Part shown: in pieces, positions 62,877-64,000 of the stretch
How positions within the stretch are numbered: position 1 is the stretch's first letter
Layout: the number at the start of each line of letters is the position of its first letter
Translations under genes and position numbers: made by a program
Origin: Bdellovibrionales bacterium
GTDB taxonomy: Bacteria > Bdellovibrionota > Bdellovibrionia > Bdellovibrionales > Bdellovibrionaceae
DNA length: 64,000 bases
Assembly (NCBI GenBank): GCA_031370005.1
Contig: JANMPT010000077.1
Coordinates: 83,246-147,245, forward strand
Reading direction: 5' to 3'
Notes under the pieces: model-generated
What the model was told of the DNA's origin: nothing
The model's database searches: none
The model's input: the letters and a program-made list of their open reading frames with translations, nothing else

Positions 62877-63359
62877 CTATAAACTTGATTCAAAAAATTC
62901 TTTTTGCGTTTTTTTGCGCTCCTTTAAGTACTCACCGTAGTTTTCGTTGTACTTGTCATTATTTTTCAAAAGACATAAAGATATCGATGCTATCTGCCGA
63001 GCTAAATTCAGTTTGGCATCCTTGTGGTCCACACCCTTGGCTCGAAGGGCATCATATCGATCCCTTAATTCACCATCCAAACGCATCACATTTTCAGCGG
63101 CGCCAATGAAAACATTGCGAAGCTCGCGCCTGCCAAAAAATCTCTTGTTCCCATAAATTTTTCCGCCTGATTCCTGGATATGGCGAACCAACATACAGTA
63201 TCCCCAGAACCTGTGTTTGTTCTCAAATCTGGCAGGCTGGCAAACAATCGCTGCAATAATATTGGCGCGGATTATACTAATCCCAGGAATCGTCATCAAA
63301 TTGCGGATCGGACGGTACTTTTTTCGATTTTTTTCGAAAACGTCTAAAGTGTTACCCAT
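62877..63359 (-). mobile_element. IS110-family transposase, C-terminal (Tnp_20) half only
   Basis: LMTIPGIS...RF......GYC.L....ESGGK...GRRELR...AA; the DEDD RuvC half is missing. Confidence 0.8.
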
Positions 63360-63434
63360 CTCTCGGGTTGCACAAAGTATTTGAAATTATTAGAGTTTAC
63401 CCAAGAAGCAAACTCTTTTTTATTTCTTTCAATT

Positions 63435-63453
63435 TATACCGATATACGGTATA
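63435..63453 (+). promoter_or_regulatory. higBA operator palindrome
   Basis: TATACCG-atata-CGGTATA immediately before the GTG start. Confidence 0.6.
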
Positions 63454-63461
63454 TTCATATA

Positions 63462-63752
63462 GTGATTAAAAACATCAAGGGTAAAGCAACTCAGGATATA
63501 TTCGATGGATTGAACACCAAAGCAGCTCGTAAAGTTCCAAGCGAGCTTCATGAGCGAGCTCGAGATCTTCTTGATGCTATTAATGCTATTACAAGAATTG
63601 ACGACTTGAAGGCTCCTCCTAGTAATAGACTGCATAAGTTGAAAGGAAATCTCAAAGATTTTTGGAGCGTTAGTATAAATGATCAGTGGAGAATTATTTT
63701 TAAATGGGTTAGTGGCAATGCCACGGAAGTGAAAATTACAGACTATCATTAA
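63462..63752 (+). CDS. higB: HigB (RelE-like) toxin
   Basis: DLKAPPSNRLHKLKG....WSVSINDQWRIIFKW...TDYH. Confidence 0.92.
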   Translation: MIKNIKGKATQDIFDGLNTKAARKVPSELHERARDLLDAINAITRIDDLKAPPSNRLHKLKGNLKDFWSVSINDQWRIIFKWVSGNATEVKITDYH

Positions 63753-63759
63753 ATAAGTT

Positions 63760-64000
63760 ATGACTATGAAACGTATAAAAAATATACACCCCGGTGAAGT
63801 GCTGCAGGAAGAATTCTTAATACCTATGAATATTACTGCTTATAAACTGGCCAAGGATATTCATATTCCGCAAACCAGGGTGGCTGCTATTCTGAAAGGA
63901 AACCGGCGAATTACTGCTGATACTGCTTTAAGGCTGAGTACGTATTTTGGTAATTCTCCAAAATTCTGGTTGGGCTTGCAGGATGATTATGATGTGGAAG
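63760..64000 (+). CDS. higA: HigA antitoxin, runs off the window end
   Basis: Manual translation: IHPGEVLQEEFLIPMNITAYKLAKDI...RRITADTALRL..YFGNSPKFWLGLQ. Confidence 0.92.
   Translation, partial: MTMKRIKNIHPGEVLQEEFLIPMNITAYKLAKDIHIPQTRVAAILKGNRRITADTALRLSTYFGNSPKFWLGLQDDYDVE

Overview
A 64 kb bacterial chromosome segment. Gene content and order (greB, FecR/Fn3/adenylate-cyclase cluster, murJ-rpsT-PilZ-holA-lptE-serA-purA, many secreted hypotheticals) suggest a Bdellovibrio-like organism; this is an inference. Three zones are visible. (1) 1-10.2 kb is accessory: a RelBE-type pair, a Fic protein, gene remnants, and a TPR/wHTH regulator divergent from nitroreductase + N-acyl amino acid synthase-PilZ. 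(2) 10.3-48.5 kb is mostly core and signalling genes, ending in tRNA-Lys and tRNA-Glu. (3) 48.5-64 kb is a decayed integration hotspot at tRNA-Glu, with a 48-bp att duplication, six TA pairs, scrambled duplicate remnants, IS scars, an editing-domain-less ThrRS and oxyR-katG. The standout is 54884-56419: a MerR DNA-binding domain fused to a catalytically dead DNA polymerase III alpha (DnaE) palm/fingers module. It has a textbook MerR 19-bp-spacer promoter with a dyad and an in-frame internal RBS+ATG at the domain junction. This is the TipA/AlbA sensor-plus-sponge architecture with a repurposed replicative polymerase as the putative ligand-binding domain. All calls come from motif reading by eye; no searches were run.
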